Shown here piece after piece: positions 16,808 through 25,736 of a DNA stretch of 64,000 nucleotides. Source of the DNA: an uncultured Acidimicrobiales bacterium. GTDB taxonomy: Bacteria; Actinomycetota; Acidimicrobiia; Acidimicrobiales; SZUA-35. Where the stretch lies: NCBI GenBank assembly GCA_937997485.1, contig CALKTH010000016.1, positions 3,669-67,668 on the forward strand, written 5' to 3'. Both the position numbers and the translations under genes were made by a program. The notes beneath the pieces were generated by a model that was given only the letters and a program-made list of their open reading frames with translations, was not told the DNA's origin and ran no database searches. The first letter of the stretch is position 1; every line of letters begins with the position of its first letter.

Positions 16808-18009
16808 GCCGGACTGGCCGAATCGTTGGCGGCGTGCGATGTCGCTCCACAGACGGTGTAGACGAGCGTTCGAAGATCGTTGACGGATCGTTGTCGTTCT
16901 GCGTCCTCTGCGATGTGACCACCGAAGCGAATGGCCACGTACCGCTCGAGAAGTGGGCGTAGGAGTTCCGCTCCTTGCGGGTCGAGCTGGCGGGCCCGAT
17001 CCAGCCACTCGTACGGCGTCTCCTCTGAATCACGAACGGGGAGCGTGCCGACACCGCCTTCGGTGTAAGCAAAGGCCAGACGGATGGCGTGCGTTGGGTC
17101 CGGATCGGCTCGGAGATCGTTGAGATACGCCTCGAAGGCCGCCCATGGGTCCGCCGACTCGTAGCGTCGAATCGCAGGGGTTGCCGCCACCGCACCGATC
17201 CCGGCCGGAGCCGCTTCCGGTGCCATCGCGATGAAGAACCACACACCGAGGCCGAGGGCGAGGAGTGCAGCGAGAGCGATCAGAATCACGCTCCAGTTCA
17301 CGGTCGATCCGCCGTCGCCTCCTCCGTCCAGTCCGTTTGGTCCGTCTCTCGGATTCGCGGGAAGCGCCTCGAGATCGAGGGGCGGAAGGTCGCTCGGACC
17401 AACGAAGAGCTCTTCGTCGAGTTGAATCGTGCCATCGGGGTTCTGTCCGAGTGGGACTGGACCAGCGTCGGAGGACATGTCTCGGGCGACGAGTTCACCG
17501 TTCTCGTTCTCGACGCTCACCCTGGTTCCATCGGGACGCACCACGTCGAAACCGCCGCTGGTGTTGGGCCGGATGATCGTGGCCCCCTCGGTGTCGTCAC
17601 CGACTCGAACCGGGCTGAACGTGCCGTCTGGGTTGACTCGGAAACCGACGATGTCTCCGTCCGGGTCCTCGATGAAACGCATGACCTGCGCTTGGCCAAG
17701 GGCGTCTTCTCCGACCACGCGTTCGCCGTCGGTCGTGATCTCGACCGGGCCGTCAGGGGTGTCGATGATGATGCGTGAGGCGTCGAAGGGGACATCGTCG
17801 CCGGTCAGACGTTCAATCGCTTGGTCGTCGGCTCTTCGATCGATGAAGACCTGACGCTCCTCCGCGTTGAGGGCAATCGCTGCGACGAGCACGACAAGAA
17901 GTGCGTAGGGCAGGGCAAGCCACCGCACCCACGGGGCAGGTCCGGAGCGAGGGGCGACTGGCGGTCGGTCATCCATGATCGGAGTCACCCCTTCATCATC
18001 GCCCGACAA
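16804..18009 (-). CDS. DUF4129-type membrane protein with PDG-repeat ectodomain
   Basis: Architecture is TM, then repeated (D/N)PDG(T/D) beta-like motifs, a second TM, and a C-terminal ...AFEAYLNDL...YTEGG...ETPYEW... region resembling DUF4129. It is the first gene of the MoxR operon. Confidence 0.65.
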   Translation of the reverse strand: MSGDDEGVTPIMDDRPPVAPRSGPAPWVRWLALPYALLVVLVAAIALNAEERQVFIDRRADDQAIERLTGDDVPFDASRIIIDTPDGPVEITTDGERVVGEDALGQAQVMRFIEDPDGDIVGFRVNPDGTFSPVRVGDDTEGATIIRPNTSGGFDVVRPDGTRVSVENENGELVARDMSSDAGPVPLGQNPDGTIQLDEELFVGPSDLPPLDLEALPANPRDGPNGLDGGGDGGSTVNWSVILIALAALLALGLGVWFFIAMAPEAAPAGIGAVAATPAIRRYESADPWAAFEAYLNDLRADPDPTHAIRLAFAYTEGGVGTLPVRDSEETPYEWLDRARQLDPQGAELLRPLLERYVAIRFGGHIAEDAERQRSVNDLRTLVYTVCGATSHAANDSASPA

Positions 18010-18069
18010 TCACCCATCCTGTAGCCACCAGCTCAGAACGCGCCTCACACCACCCTTCCCCCTTCGCCT

Positions 18070-18108
18070 CTGGTGAGCATCTGGTGCCAGACACTCATCA
18101 CCTACCAG
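18070..18108. repeat. REP element copy A
   Basis: CTGGTGAGCATCTGGTGCCAGACACTCATCACCTACCAG. Confidence 0.75.
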
Positions 18109-18128
18109 ATGCCAGCTACCCGATCACA

Positions 18129-18167
18129 CTGGTGAGTGTTTGGTGTCAGACACCCACCACCTACCAG
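18129..18167. repeat. REP element copy B (overlaps RAYT stop codon)
   Basis: CTGGTGAGTGTTTGGTGTCAGACACCCACCACCTACCAG. Confidence 0.8.
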
Positions 18168-19117
18168 ATGACCCCGTACTGCTCCGACGCCGAGCGTCGA
18201 AGCACCTCGATCTCGGCGCCGGTGGCGATTCCGTTGGCTGCCCGCCGGATAGCGTTGTCGACTGCGCCTGGGCCGATACCGAACACTTCCCCCGTCGCCG
18301 TCAGCGTCAACCGAGAGAGCACCCGCACGGCCCAAATGGCAAGATCTCGCTCAGGACGCGACCGACGAGTCTCCACCCTCATCAGCACTTCAGGCTCGAC
18401 GTTGAGCCACCCGCAGACGAACGCCAGAACATCATGCGGGTCGGGGTACTCCCCCGCTGGTAGCTCGAGCCGCAGGCCCTTCGTCGCGACACCGGCATGC
18501 GTCAACGACTCCTCCACCTCAGGCAAGAACCTGGTGTCACCCAGCAAGGTCGCGGAACTCTCGACAGCCCTACGAGTGCGCTCATCCACGCCCTGTTCCG
18601 TGAACTCCCGCAGGGCGCTTCGGTCGCCGCCGAACTGACCGAGGACGAACGACGGATCGAGGAACGGAGGCATCTCCGCCAGTCCCATCAGCGGGGCGTA
18701 GGACGAGTACTCGTAGCGCTCGGGGAGATCGACCATGCCGGCTTCAGGCGGGTTGAGATGGATGTACCGAGGGAGCGCGAGCGAATACGGGCCAGTCTGG
18801 ACAAGGCGGTTCTTGAAGCGGGACTCGAACAACGGCCCGCGTCGGCCGTCCATCCAGTTATGACGACGGACGAATCGTGAGCCGAGCATCTGCATCGCTT
18901 CGGAAACGCGGCCCTCCCGGGACAAGACGAACAGATGGAAGTGATTCGTCATCAAGCAGTAGGCGTAGATCGAGATGCCAAACCGGTCGAGGTCGCCGAG
19001 GAGGCGCATGAACCAGATGAAGTCAGCCCGGCTGCCGAACATCAGCAGGTGGGCAATAGCACGGTTGTAGAGGTGGTGGTGCGCCCCCGGATAGTCAGGT
19101 CGAAGCTCTCTAGCCAT
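18161..19117 (-). CDS. REP-associated tyrosine transposase (RAYT, IS200/Y1 fold) fused to a DnaA-domain-IV-like HTH
   Basis: HUH motif in CLMTNHFHLFV and a catalytic Tyr context LPRYIHLNP. The C-terminal RDLAIWAVRVLSRLTLTATGEVFGIGPGAVDNAIRRA resembles the DnaA C-terminal DNA-binding domain. The upstream region is AT-rich. Confidence 0.88.
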   Translation of the reverse strand: MARELRPDYPGAHHHLYNRAIAHLLMFGSRADFIWFMRLLGDLDRFGISIYAYCLMTNHFHLFVLSREGRVSEAMQMLGSRFVRRHNWMDGRRGPLFESRFKNRLVQTGPYSLALPRYIHLNPPEAGMVDLPERYEYSSYAPLMGLAEMPPFLDPSFVLGQFGGDRSALREFTEQGVDERTRRAVESSATLLGDTRFLPEVEESLTHAGVATKGLRLELPAGEYPDPHDVLAFVCGWLNVEPEVLMRVETRRSRPERDLAIWAVRVLSRLTLTATGEVFGIGPGAVDNAIRRAANGIATGAEIEVLRRSASEQYGVIW

Positions 19118-19218
19118 TCCAACAATGTACCTGACCTACGCTTAATTACTTTTCTTTACGTTTATCGCTGCCGCGACTCTTCCTGACTGACGCCAGACGC
19201 TCACCAGCAGCGAACCAA

Positions 19219-19257
19219 CTGGTAGGTGATGGGTGTCTGACACCAGATTCCATCCAG
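19219..19257. repeat. REP element copy C (inverted relative to A/B, 3' half degenerate)
   Basis: CTGGTAGGTGATGGGTGTCTGACACCAGATTCCATCCAG. A further degenerate half-copy lies at about 19187..19207. Confidence 0.7.
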
Positions 19258-19280
19258 GCCATCCGACTGCCACCGTCCAG

Positions 19281-19319
19281 CTGGTGAGTGATGGGTGTCT
19301 GACACCCATCACTCACCAG
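19281..19319. repeat. REP element copy D (perfect 39-nt palindrome)
   Basis: CTGGTGAGTGATGGGTGTCTGACACCCATCACTCACCAG is its own reverse complement around the central T. Confidence 0.9.
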
Positions 19320-19365
19320 AGGGAGAGGGGAGACCGCGGCGGCGGTGGCGGGGGGCTGGCGGCAA

Positions 19366-19403
19366 CTGGTAGGTAGTGGGGGTCAGACACCAGATTCCTC
19401 CAG
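19366..19403. repeat. REP element copy E
   Basis: CTGGTAGGTAGTGGGGGTCAGACACCAGATTCCTCCAG. Confidence 0.75.
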
Positions 19404-19459
19404 AGGCGTGGGCGAAATGGGCACGTGATCCCCGAGGTGGGCGCGTAGCCTGTGCGGCC

Positions 19460-22069
19460 ATGAGCAACGCCCCGGAGAAGCCCTCGCTAGAGGGTCTCGA
19501 GCAGAAGTGGTCCGCCCAATGGCAGACCGCTGACACGTACGCCTTCGACCGCTCGAAGGACCGTGCCGGGGTATTCAGCATCGACACGCCGCCGCCCACC
19601 GTCAGCGGCTCGCTCCACATGGGGCACATCTTCAGTTACACCCACACCGACACGATTGCCCGCTACCAGCGGATGACCGGCAAGTCCGTCTTTTACCCGA
19701 TGGGTTGGGACGACAACGGCCTGCCCACCGAGCGCCGCGTTCAGAACTACTTCGGTGTCCGCTGCGACCCCTCGCTCCCCTACGAAGAGGGCTTCGAGCC
19801 GCCCGCTCGCGAGTCGCTCGGTCCCGACGGCAAGGCCTACAAGGGCCAGGTTCCCGTCAGCCGTCCCAACTTCATCGAGCTGTGCGATGAGCTCGTCGCT
19901 ATTGACGAGAAGGTCTTCGAAGATCTCTGGCGCACGCTCGGCCTCAGCGTTGACTGGTCGCTCCTCTACGCCACGATCGACGAGCGCTCACGCCGCACTA
20001 GCCAGCGCGCCTTCCTACGCAACCTGGCCCGAGGCGAGGCGTACCAGCAGGAAGCGCCGAGCCTGTGGGACGTCACGTTCCAGACAGCCGTTGCCCAGGC
20101 CGAGCTGGAAGATCGTGAACGGCCGAGCGCCTATCACACGCTTCGTTTCACGCTGCCCAACGGCGACGACCTCCTGATCGACACCACCCGGCCCGAGCTC
20201 CTGCCAGCCTGCGTCGCTGTTGTCGCCCACCCTTCGGACGAGCGCTACACACCGTTTGAGGGTCAGACCATCACGACGCCCGTCTTCGGTGTCGAGGTCC
20301 CCATGGTCTTCCATGAGCTGGCGGATCCCGAGAAGGGCACCGGGGTCGCCATGATCTGTACCTTCGGCGACACCACCGACGTCACCTGGTGGCGTGAGCT
20401 CAACCTTCCCGCCCGCGCCGTCATCGGCCGCAACGGCCGGTTCATCGACGAGGCGCCCGAGGTCATGTCGGCTGAGGCCGCCGAGCGCTACGGCCGCATG
20501 GTTGGCAAAACCGTTCACTCGGGCAAGGAAGAGGTCGTCGCCATGCTGCGCGAGACCGACACGCTCATCGGTGAACCGCGCCCCATCACCCACCCGGTCA
20601 AGTTCTTCGAAAAGGGCGACAAGCCGCTCGAGATCGTCACCAGTCGCCAGTGGTACATCCGCAACGGCGGTCGTGAGAAGGAACTCGGCCAAGAGCTCAT
20701 CGCTCGCGGCGGTGAGATGCAGTGGCATCCGCCCTACATGCAAAGCCGCTACACGAACTGGGTCGACGGGCTGAACGGCGACTGGCTCATCAGCCGCCAG
20801 CGCTTCTTCGGCGTTCCGATCCCGCTCTGGTACGCGCTCGACGCCAACGGCGAGCCGCTCTACGGCTCCCCCATCTCGCCCGACGAGTCGCTCCTCCCGA
20901 TCGATCCTTCCACCGACGTTCCCGCCGGCTTCACCGCCGAGCAGCGGGGCGAGCCCGGTGGCTTCATGGGCGATCCCGACATCATGGACACCTGGGCCAC
21001 TTCATCGCTCACCCCGCAGATCGCGGCCCGCTGGGAAGACGACACCCCTGAAGGCGCAGGCCTGTTCGAACGGGTCTACCCGTTCGACATGCGGCCTCAG
21101 GGTCACGACATCATCCGAACCTGGCTCTTCTCCACCGCCGTCCGCTCTCACTTCGAGCACGACGCGGCCCCGTGGAAGAACGCCTGCCTCTCGGGATGGA
21201 TCCTGGATCCCGACCGCAAGAAGATGTCCAAGTCGAAGGGCAACGTTGTCACCCCGATCGATCTGCTCGAGCAGTTCGGTTCCGACGCCGTTCGCTACTG
21301 GGCCGCCTCCGGTCGTCCGGGGACCGACACAGCATTCGACGAAGGCCAGATGAAGGTCGGCCGCCGCTTGGCGATCAAGCTGCTCAACGCGTCCAAGTTC
21401 GCTCTCGGCATGGGCGATCTCGTTGCCGCTCTCGATGCGCCGGTCACCGAGCCTCTCGACCAAGCCATGCTCGCCCGCCTCGGCGACCTCGTCGACGAGT
21501 GCACAAAGGCGTTCAACGACTTCGACTACGCCCGAGCCCTGGAGCGCACCGAGTCGTTCTTCTGGAACTTCACCGACGACTACATCGAGCTGGTCAAGAA
21601 CCGGGCCTACGCCTCTCGGGGCGACGAGGCCGCAGCCTCCGCACACGCCGCGCTGGCCCGGGCTCTCGACACGCTCCTCCGCCTGCTCGCTCCCTTCCTG
21701 CCCTTCGCCACCGAAGAGGTCTGGGACTGGTGGCGGGCCGAAAGCGCCGGCGGCTCGGTTCACACCTCCAGCTGGCCGACCTCGGCTCCACTTCGTGAGG
21801 CTGCGGCGGGCACCGACCCAGCGCTTCTCGCTGTTGCCGGGCAGACCCTGAGCGAGCTGCGACGGGCCAAGAGCGAGGCGAAGCGCAAGCTGCGCACCGC
21901 CATCACTTCCGGCACCATCACCGACGTCACCGAGCGCATCGCCCAGCTCCGGCTCGTCATCGACGATGTTGCCGAAGCCGGTGTCGCCACGGGCCTCTCG
22001 TTGACCGAAGGCGAAGCACTCGCAGTCCAGGTCGAACTCGAACCAGAGCCCGCAGCCGACGAGGCGTAA
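19460..22069 (+). CDS. valS: valine--tRNA ligase (actinobacterial/archaeal-like about 870-aa type)
   Basis: PPPTVSGSLHMGHIFSYT (HIGH-type), KMSKSKGN, a CP1 editing region and a C-terminal coiled coil. Start set to MSNAPEKPSLEG because the ORF-track start at 19376 lies inside REP copy E. Confidence 0.93.
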   Translation: MSNAPEKPSLEGLEQKWSAQWQTADTYAFDRSKDRAGVFSIDTPPPTVSGSLHMGHIFSYTHTDTIARYQRMTGKSVFYPMGWDDNGLPTERRVQNYFGVRCDPSLPYEEGFEPPARESLGPDGKAYKGQVPVSRPNFIELCDELVAIDEKVFEDLWRTLGLSVDWSLLYATIDERSRRTSQRAFLRNLARGEAYQQEAPSLWDVTFQTAVAQAELEDRERPSAYHTLRFTLPNGDDLLIDTTRPELLPACVAVVAHPSDERYTPFEGQTITTPVFGVEVPMVFHELADPEKGTGVAMICTFGDTTDVTWWRELNLPARAVIGRNGRFIDEAPEVMSAEAAERYGRMVGKTVHSGKEEVVAMLRETDTLIGEPRPITHPVKFFEKGDKPLEIVTSRQWYIRNGGREKELGQELIARGGEMQWHPPYMQSRYTNWVDGLNGDWLISRQRFFGVPIPLWYALDANGEPLYGSPISPDESLLPIDPSTDVPAGFTAEQRGEPGGFMGDPDIMDTWATSSLTPQIAARWEDDTPEGAGLFERVYPFDMRPQGHDIIRTWLFSTAVRSHFEHDAAPWKNACLSGWILDPDRKKMSKSKGNVVTPIDLLEQFGSDAVRYWAASGRPGTDTAFDEGQMKVGRRLAIKLLNASKFALGMGDLVAALDAPVTEPLDQAMLARLGDLVDECTKAFNDFDYARALERTESFFWNFTDDYIELVKNRAYASRGDEAAASAHAALARALDTLLRLLAPFLPFATEEVWDWWRAESAGGSVHTSSWPTSAPLREAAAGTDPALLAVAGQTLSELRRAKSEAKRKLRTAITSGTITDVTERIAQLRLVIDDVAEAGVATGLSLTEGEALAVQVELEPEPAADEA

Positions 22070-22088
22070 ATCGGTACCCTGATCGCCC

Positions 22089-23291
22089 ATGAACGGCCCT
22101 GCCACCGTCACGCCCAACCTCGAGACGATTCTGGTTCGTGTCACTGGACCGGATCGCCCGGGCATCACGGCTGGGCTCATGCAGCTGTTGGCCACTGCGG
22201 ATGCGGGGATGCACGACGTCGAGCAGATCCTCATTCGCGGCCAGCTTGCGCTCAGCCTGGTCATCACGGTTCCGGCCGGCCAAGACCTCGTCAAAGAGCT
22301 CCTGCTCTTCGGTTGGGAACAGAAGATGGACGTGGACTTCGAGGTCGTCTCCGAGACTCCGACCACTCGAGGGCTCGGTCTGGTCGTCACGCTTCTCGGA
22401 ACCTCTGTCACGCCCGCCGAGTTCGGGTCCATCGCTTCTGAGGTGGCCAAGCATGGCGGCAACATCGATCGCATCGTGCGTCTGGCCAAGGAGCCGGTGA
22501 TGGCCTATGAGCTCGTGGTCAGTGCCGCTGAACTCGGCCCGCTCCAAGAATCGCTGCTCGCTACCGGCGCAGCGTTGGAGTGCGACGTGGCGGTGAATCG
22601 GGAGGGCTTGAGCCGTCGAGCGAAGCATCTCATCGTGATCGACGTGGACTCCACCCTCATCCAGGACGAGGTCATCGAACTGGCGGCCGAAGAAGCGGGC
22701 TGCCTCGATGAGGTGGCTGCCATCACGGCACGGGCCATGGCGGGCGAACTCGACTTCACTGAGTCACTCGTCGAGCGGGTGAAGCTACTGGCTGGGCTGG
22801 ACACCAACTCGTTCGAGCGAATCCGTCAGCGCGTCAATCTCACACCGGGCGCCCGCACCTTCATCGGCACGCTCCAGCGGATGGGCTACAAAACCGCCAT
22901 CGTCTCCGGCGGCTTCACATTCGTCACCGATTCCCTCGCCGCCGATCTCGGCATCAATCATGCCTACGCCAACACCCTCGAGGTGATCGACGGGAAGGTC
23001 ACTGGTCGAGTCATTGGCCGCATCATCGATCGCAAGGGCAAAGCCGAAGTGCTGGAGCGAGTGGCGGCGGAAGAGGGCATCCCCCTCGACCAGGTCGTGG
23101 CCGTTGGCGACGGCGCCAACGACCTCGACATGCTCAAGACCGCAGGCCTCGGCGTGGCATTCAATGCCAAGGCCGTCGTTCAGGAGGCCGCCGACGCCGC
23201 GGTGAACGTGCCGTATCTTGATGCGCTCCTGTTCGTGCTCGGTGTGCGTCGCGAGGACATCGAAGCGGAGCTCTCCCGAATCGAGAACTAG
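22089..23291 (+). CDS. serB: phosphoserine phosphatase with N-terminal tandem ACT domains (SerB2-like)
   Basis: Two ACT-like repeats are followed by the HAD motifs VIDVDSTLIQDE, VSGGF and AVGDGANDLDML. Confidence 0.9.
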   Translation: MNGPATVTPNLETILVRVTGPDRPGITAGLMQLLATADAGMHDVEQILIRGQLALSLVITVPAGQDLVKELLLFGWEQKMDVDFEVVSETPTTRGLGLVVTLLGTSVTPAEFGSIASEVAKHGGNIDRIVRLAKEPVMAYELVVSAAELGPLQESLLATGAALECDVAVNREGLSRRAKHLIVIDVDSTLIQDEVIELAAEEAGCLDEVAAITARAMAGELDFTESLVERVKLLAGLDTNSFERIRQRVNLTPGARTFIGTLQRMGYKTAIVSGGFTFVTDSLAADLGINHAYANTLEVIDGKVTGRVIGRIIDRKGKAEVLERVAAEEGIPLDQVVAVGDGANDLDMLKTAGLGVAFNAKAVVQEAADAAVNVPYLDALLFVLGVRREDIEAELSRIEN

Positions 23292-23300
23292 CGTCCGGGC

Positions 23301-23990
23301 ATGACGTCCGACGCTCCCACCTCGAACACGAACGAAGTCAACCTCTACGACGCGATGAGCACGCTTCGTGCCGTCCGCCGTCTCAAGCCCGATCCCATTC
23401 CGGCAGACGCCTTGGAGCGTGTCCTCCAGGCCGCTTGTTGGGCACCAACCGGTGGCAACCAACAACCGTGGCGCGTCATTGTGGTGACCGATCCCGAGCG
23501 AAAGGCGGCGTTGCAAGCCATCTACGCTCCGGAGTGGGCAACGTATGTGGCCAACTTTCGAGAGCGGATCAAGGGCCAGCCGGACGAAGACAAGTGGTTG
23601 CGAACCGGCAAGGCCGGCGACTACCTGGCGGATCATCTGCACGAGGCCCCAGCACTCCTCGTGTTCTGCGCCGATCCTCGCCGCATGGCCATCACCGACG
23701 CCGGGCTCGATCGGGTCAGCATGGTGGGTGGGGGCTCGGTCTATCCAGCCGTCCAAAACGCCATGCTCGCCTGCGTCGCCGAGGGGCTCGGTTGCGCACT
23801 TACCACGCTGCACTGCTTGCGGGAACCCGACGTGAAAGCCGTCCTCGAGATTCCCGACGAGTGGGCCACGGTTGCGCTGCTGCCGATCGGATACGCCGTC
23901 GGCCGCGGGCACGGACCCATCACCCGCAAGCCTCCAGCGGAGATGGCCTTCACCAACACGTTCGGCGCGCCGTACTCCTCGGAGTCCTGA
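23301..23990 (+). CDS. nitroreductase family protein
   Basis: RAVRRLKPDPIP...ACWAPTGGNQQPWRVIVV is the typical nitroreductase N-terminal FMN-binding pattern. Confidence 0.85.
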   Translation: MTSDAPTSNTNEVNLYDAMSTLRAVRRLKPDPIPADALERVLQAACWAPTGGNQQPWRVIVVTDPERKAALQAIYAPEWATYVANFRERIKGQPDEDKWLRTGKAGDYLADHLHEAPALLVFCADPRRMAITDAGLDRVSMVGGGSVYPAVQNAMLACVAEGLGCALTTLHCLREPDVKAVLEIPDEWATVALLPIGYAVGRGHGPITRKPPAEMAFTNTFGAPYSSES

Positions 23991-24014
23991 TGTCCCCGAG
24001 GGACATTTATTTGT
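23990..24014 (+). terminator. intrinsic terminator
   Basis: ATGTCCC-cga-GGGACAT followed by TTATTTGT, starting at the stop codon of the nitroreductase gene. Confidence 0.6.
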
Positions 24015-24037
24015 CAGTCGGCTAACGTTTCGCTGCA

Positions 24038-25645
24038 GTGAACGCCACCGCCGCAGGAAGTAGCTCGATTCAGCGCGACGAGATTCTGCAATGGACGCTG
24101 CCCCGGCTCCGGCGTGTGCTCGGCGACCGGGTCCTGCAGCCGCACGATCTCCATGCTGTTCACCAACGAGCAGAGCAGATCCATGGCGGGCCGCTCCCCC
24201 ACCCGTCCGCGGTGTGGCCTGATGAGCCCACGTTCGCCGCCGATGTCATTCGATGGACGGCCCGAGTCCCGCTTCCCGTTCTCACCACCGAGGACCTGGG
24301 CGGCGTCGAGGCGTTGATTCGAGGGAACCACGACGACGCTCAGCTGACGCGATTCGAGCGCCTGCGCAACATCGTCCGGGCGGCTGCGCACGTCCCGTCC
24401 CAGCAGGCGACGACGGTCTCGGAGGCCTACCAGCGACGAATCGCGCTGAACACCATTGCTCTCTCGCTCGCCACGGGTGACCACGAGCGACGGAACCTCA
24501 TAGCGAAGAGTCTGCGCGACTCGTACGAGACGGGTCGAGCCTCAACCAGCCGTCTCTACCGCGCAGGAGCGGCCGGCGCAGGCCTCGTTCCCAACCGCTC
24601 CCTCTTCCCGCGAGGAGCGGCAGGCGAGGCTCTCGCCTTCGACCTCATGGCGACCACGGTCAGCCTTGCCTTGGAGGCGTCCATGCTGCGCGGCGACCTC
24701 GACCCCGCCACACAGGCGATCTCACTCCCAAGCGGGCCCGATGGAAAGTGGGAGGAATGGACGCCAGTTTCGCTCGTGACTCAAGCGCAGATGCACTCAC
24801 TCCTCGAACCGGGCGAGTTGGCGGATCCCGGGCACAGCGAGCTTCTTGATCGAAGAGCGCTACCGACCCATGGGGGCAGTCTCTCGACAGACGAATTCGA
24901 GGCCCTGATGCGAGCAGGCCATGACGAGATCATTCTCTCTGCGCACGAGAGTTTCGTCGGGCCGCACGCAGCCCGGCTCATCGACCTGCACCTCGCTCCA
25001 CGAGCCAAAGAGATTCATGCGCTGTGGGAAACACCTCTCGAGTTCTTCGAGGCACTCGTGAGCCACACCGCTGCGTCGTTCTGGCTCGACGGCCCTGGCT
25101 TCGAGTTGGCCGCCGCGAACCCAGCGTTCGAGGCACTCCCAGCCCCAAATGCGCCGGGCCGCAGCGACGCCGTTCGAGAGATCTGCCGGACCCTCGGCGG
25201 GTTGGATCTCGGTGAGCCGCCGAACAGCGAGGCGTTCAACTCATGGCTTCCGCTCGCCGTGTACGCGACGACTCCTCGTCCCCTTGATCCGTTGGGCGGA
25301 CCGAACGGAACCCAACTCCTCGTTCGCCGGGTGCTGGAAGATGCTCTCGTCAACCGACGAATCATGACCGTCCCCGTGATTCGGGCGGGCGCTGAGGTGT
25401 GCCGCCTCAGGCCACGCCAGGCGCTCTTCGGTGACCTCCCCGAGGCACAGGATCTCGCAGCAGAACTCTTCGCCGTCGTGTTCGCGATAGGCATCGAGGG
25501 ACTCCTTCTTCGAGGGCTGTTCGACCCCATGTGCACCCGGCACCAGCTGCCTACCGGAGCGAGCGGGAGCGATGCGCGTTGGGGACTCCCAAGCCTGACG
25601 GCGTACACGCTGATGAACTTCTTCTACGAAGACGACGCGAGCTGA
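24038..25645 (+). CDS. hypothetical protein, paralog 1 of a tandem pair (no recognisable domain)
   Basis: 535-aa ORF with coding-like codon usage. It is clearly alignable to the next gene and is internally duplicated (aa about 183-258 versus 456-535). GTG start is uncertain. Confidence 0.65.
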   Translation: MNATAAGSSSIQRDEILQWTLPRLRRVLGDRVLQPHDLHAVHQRAEQIHGGPLPHPSAVWPDEPTFAADVIRWTARVPLPVLTTEDLGGVEALIRGNHDDAQLTRFERLRNIVRAAAHVPSQQATTVSEAYQRRIALNTIALSLATGDHERRNLIAKSLRDSYETGRASTSRLYRAGAAGAGLVPNRSLFPRGAAGEALAFDLMATTVSLALEASMLRGDLDPATQAISLPSGPDGKWEEWTPVSLVTQAQMHSLLEPGELADPGHSELLDRRALPTHGGSLSTDEFEALMRAGHDEIILSAHESFVGPHAARLIDLHLAPRAKEIHALWETPLEFFEALVSHTAASFWLDGPGFELAAANPAFEALPAPNAPGRSDAVREICRTLGGLDLGEPPNSEAFNSWLPLAVYATTPRPLDPLGGPNGTQLLVRRVLEDALVNRRIMTVPVIRAGAEVCRLRPRQALFGDLPEAQDLAAELFAVVFAIGIEGLLLRGLFDPMCTRHQLPTGASGSDARWGLPSLTAYTLMNFFYEDDAS

Positions 25646-25653
25646 TGGGACAA

Positions 25654-25669
25654 GCAGCAATATTGCTGC
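25654..25669. promoter_or_regulatory. perfect 16-nt palindrome GCAGCAATATTGCTGC between the paralogs (operator or hairpin; function unknown)
   Basis: Exact palindrome 9 nt after the paralog-1 stop and about 68 nt before the paralog-2 ATG, with an unusually AT-rich centre for this genome. Confidence 0.3.
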
Positions 25670-25736
25670 CTAGGATCGTCAATTCCTGCTGATCTAAGCT
25701 CCGGAATCCCGGTCCTCAATCGCGTCGTCTCTCCCC

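Larger units (their letters stand above)
18070..19403. mobile_element. REP-RAYT locus (domesticated IS200-like Y1 transposase flanked by its REP palindromes)
   Basis: A RAYT gene is bracketed by 39-nt imperfect or perfect palindromes of one family on both sides (see the individual repeat features). Confidence 0.8.

Noticed and set aside
19404-19459. Possible T-box or other leader upstream of valS.
   Set aside because: It is only about 55 nt between the last REP and the start codon. There is no specifier or T-box sequence (AGGGUGGNACCGCG-like), and it is too short for a T-box.
21002-22489. 495-aa minus-strand ORF.
   Set aside because: It is antisense to the valS 3' end and the serB 5' end. 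Shadow ORF.
22785-23912. 375-aa minus-strand ORF.
   Set aside because: It is antisense to serB and the nitroreductase gene. Shadow ORF.
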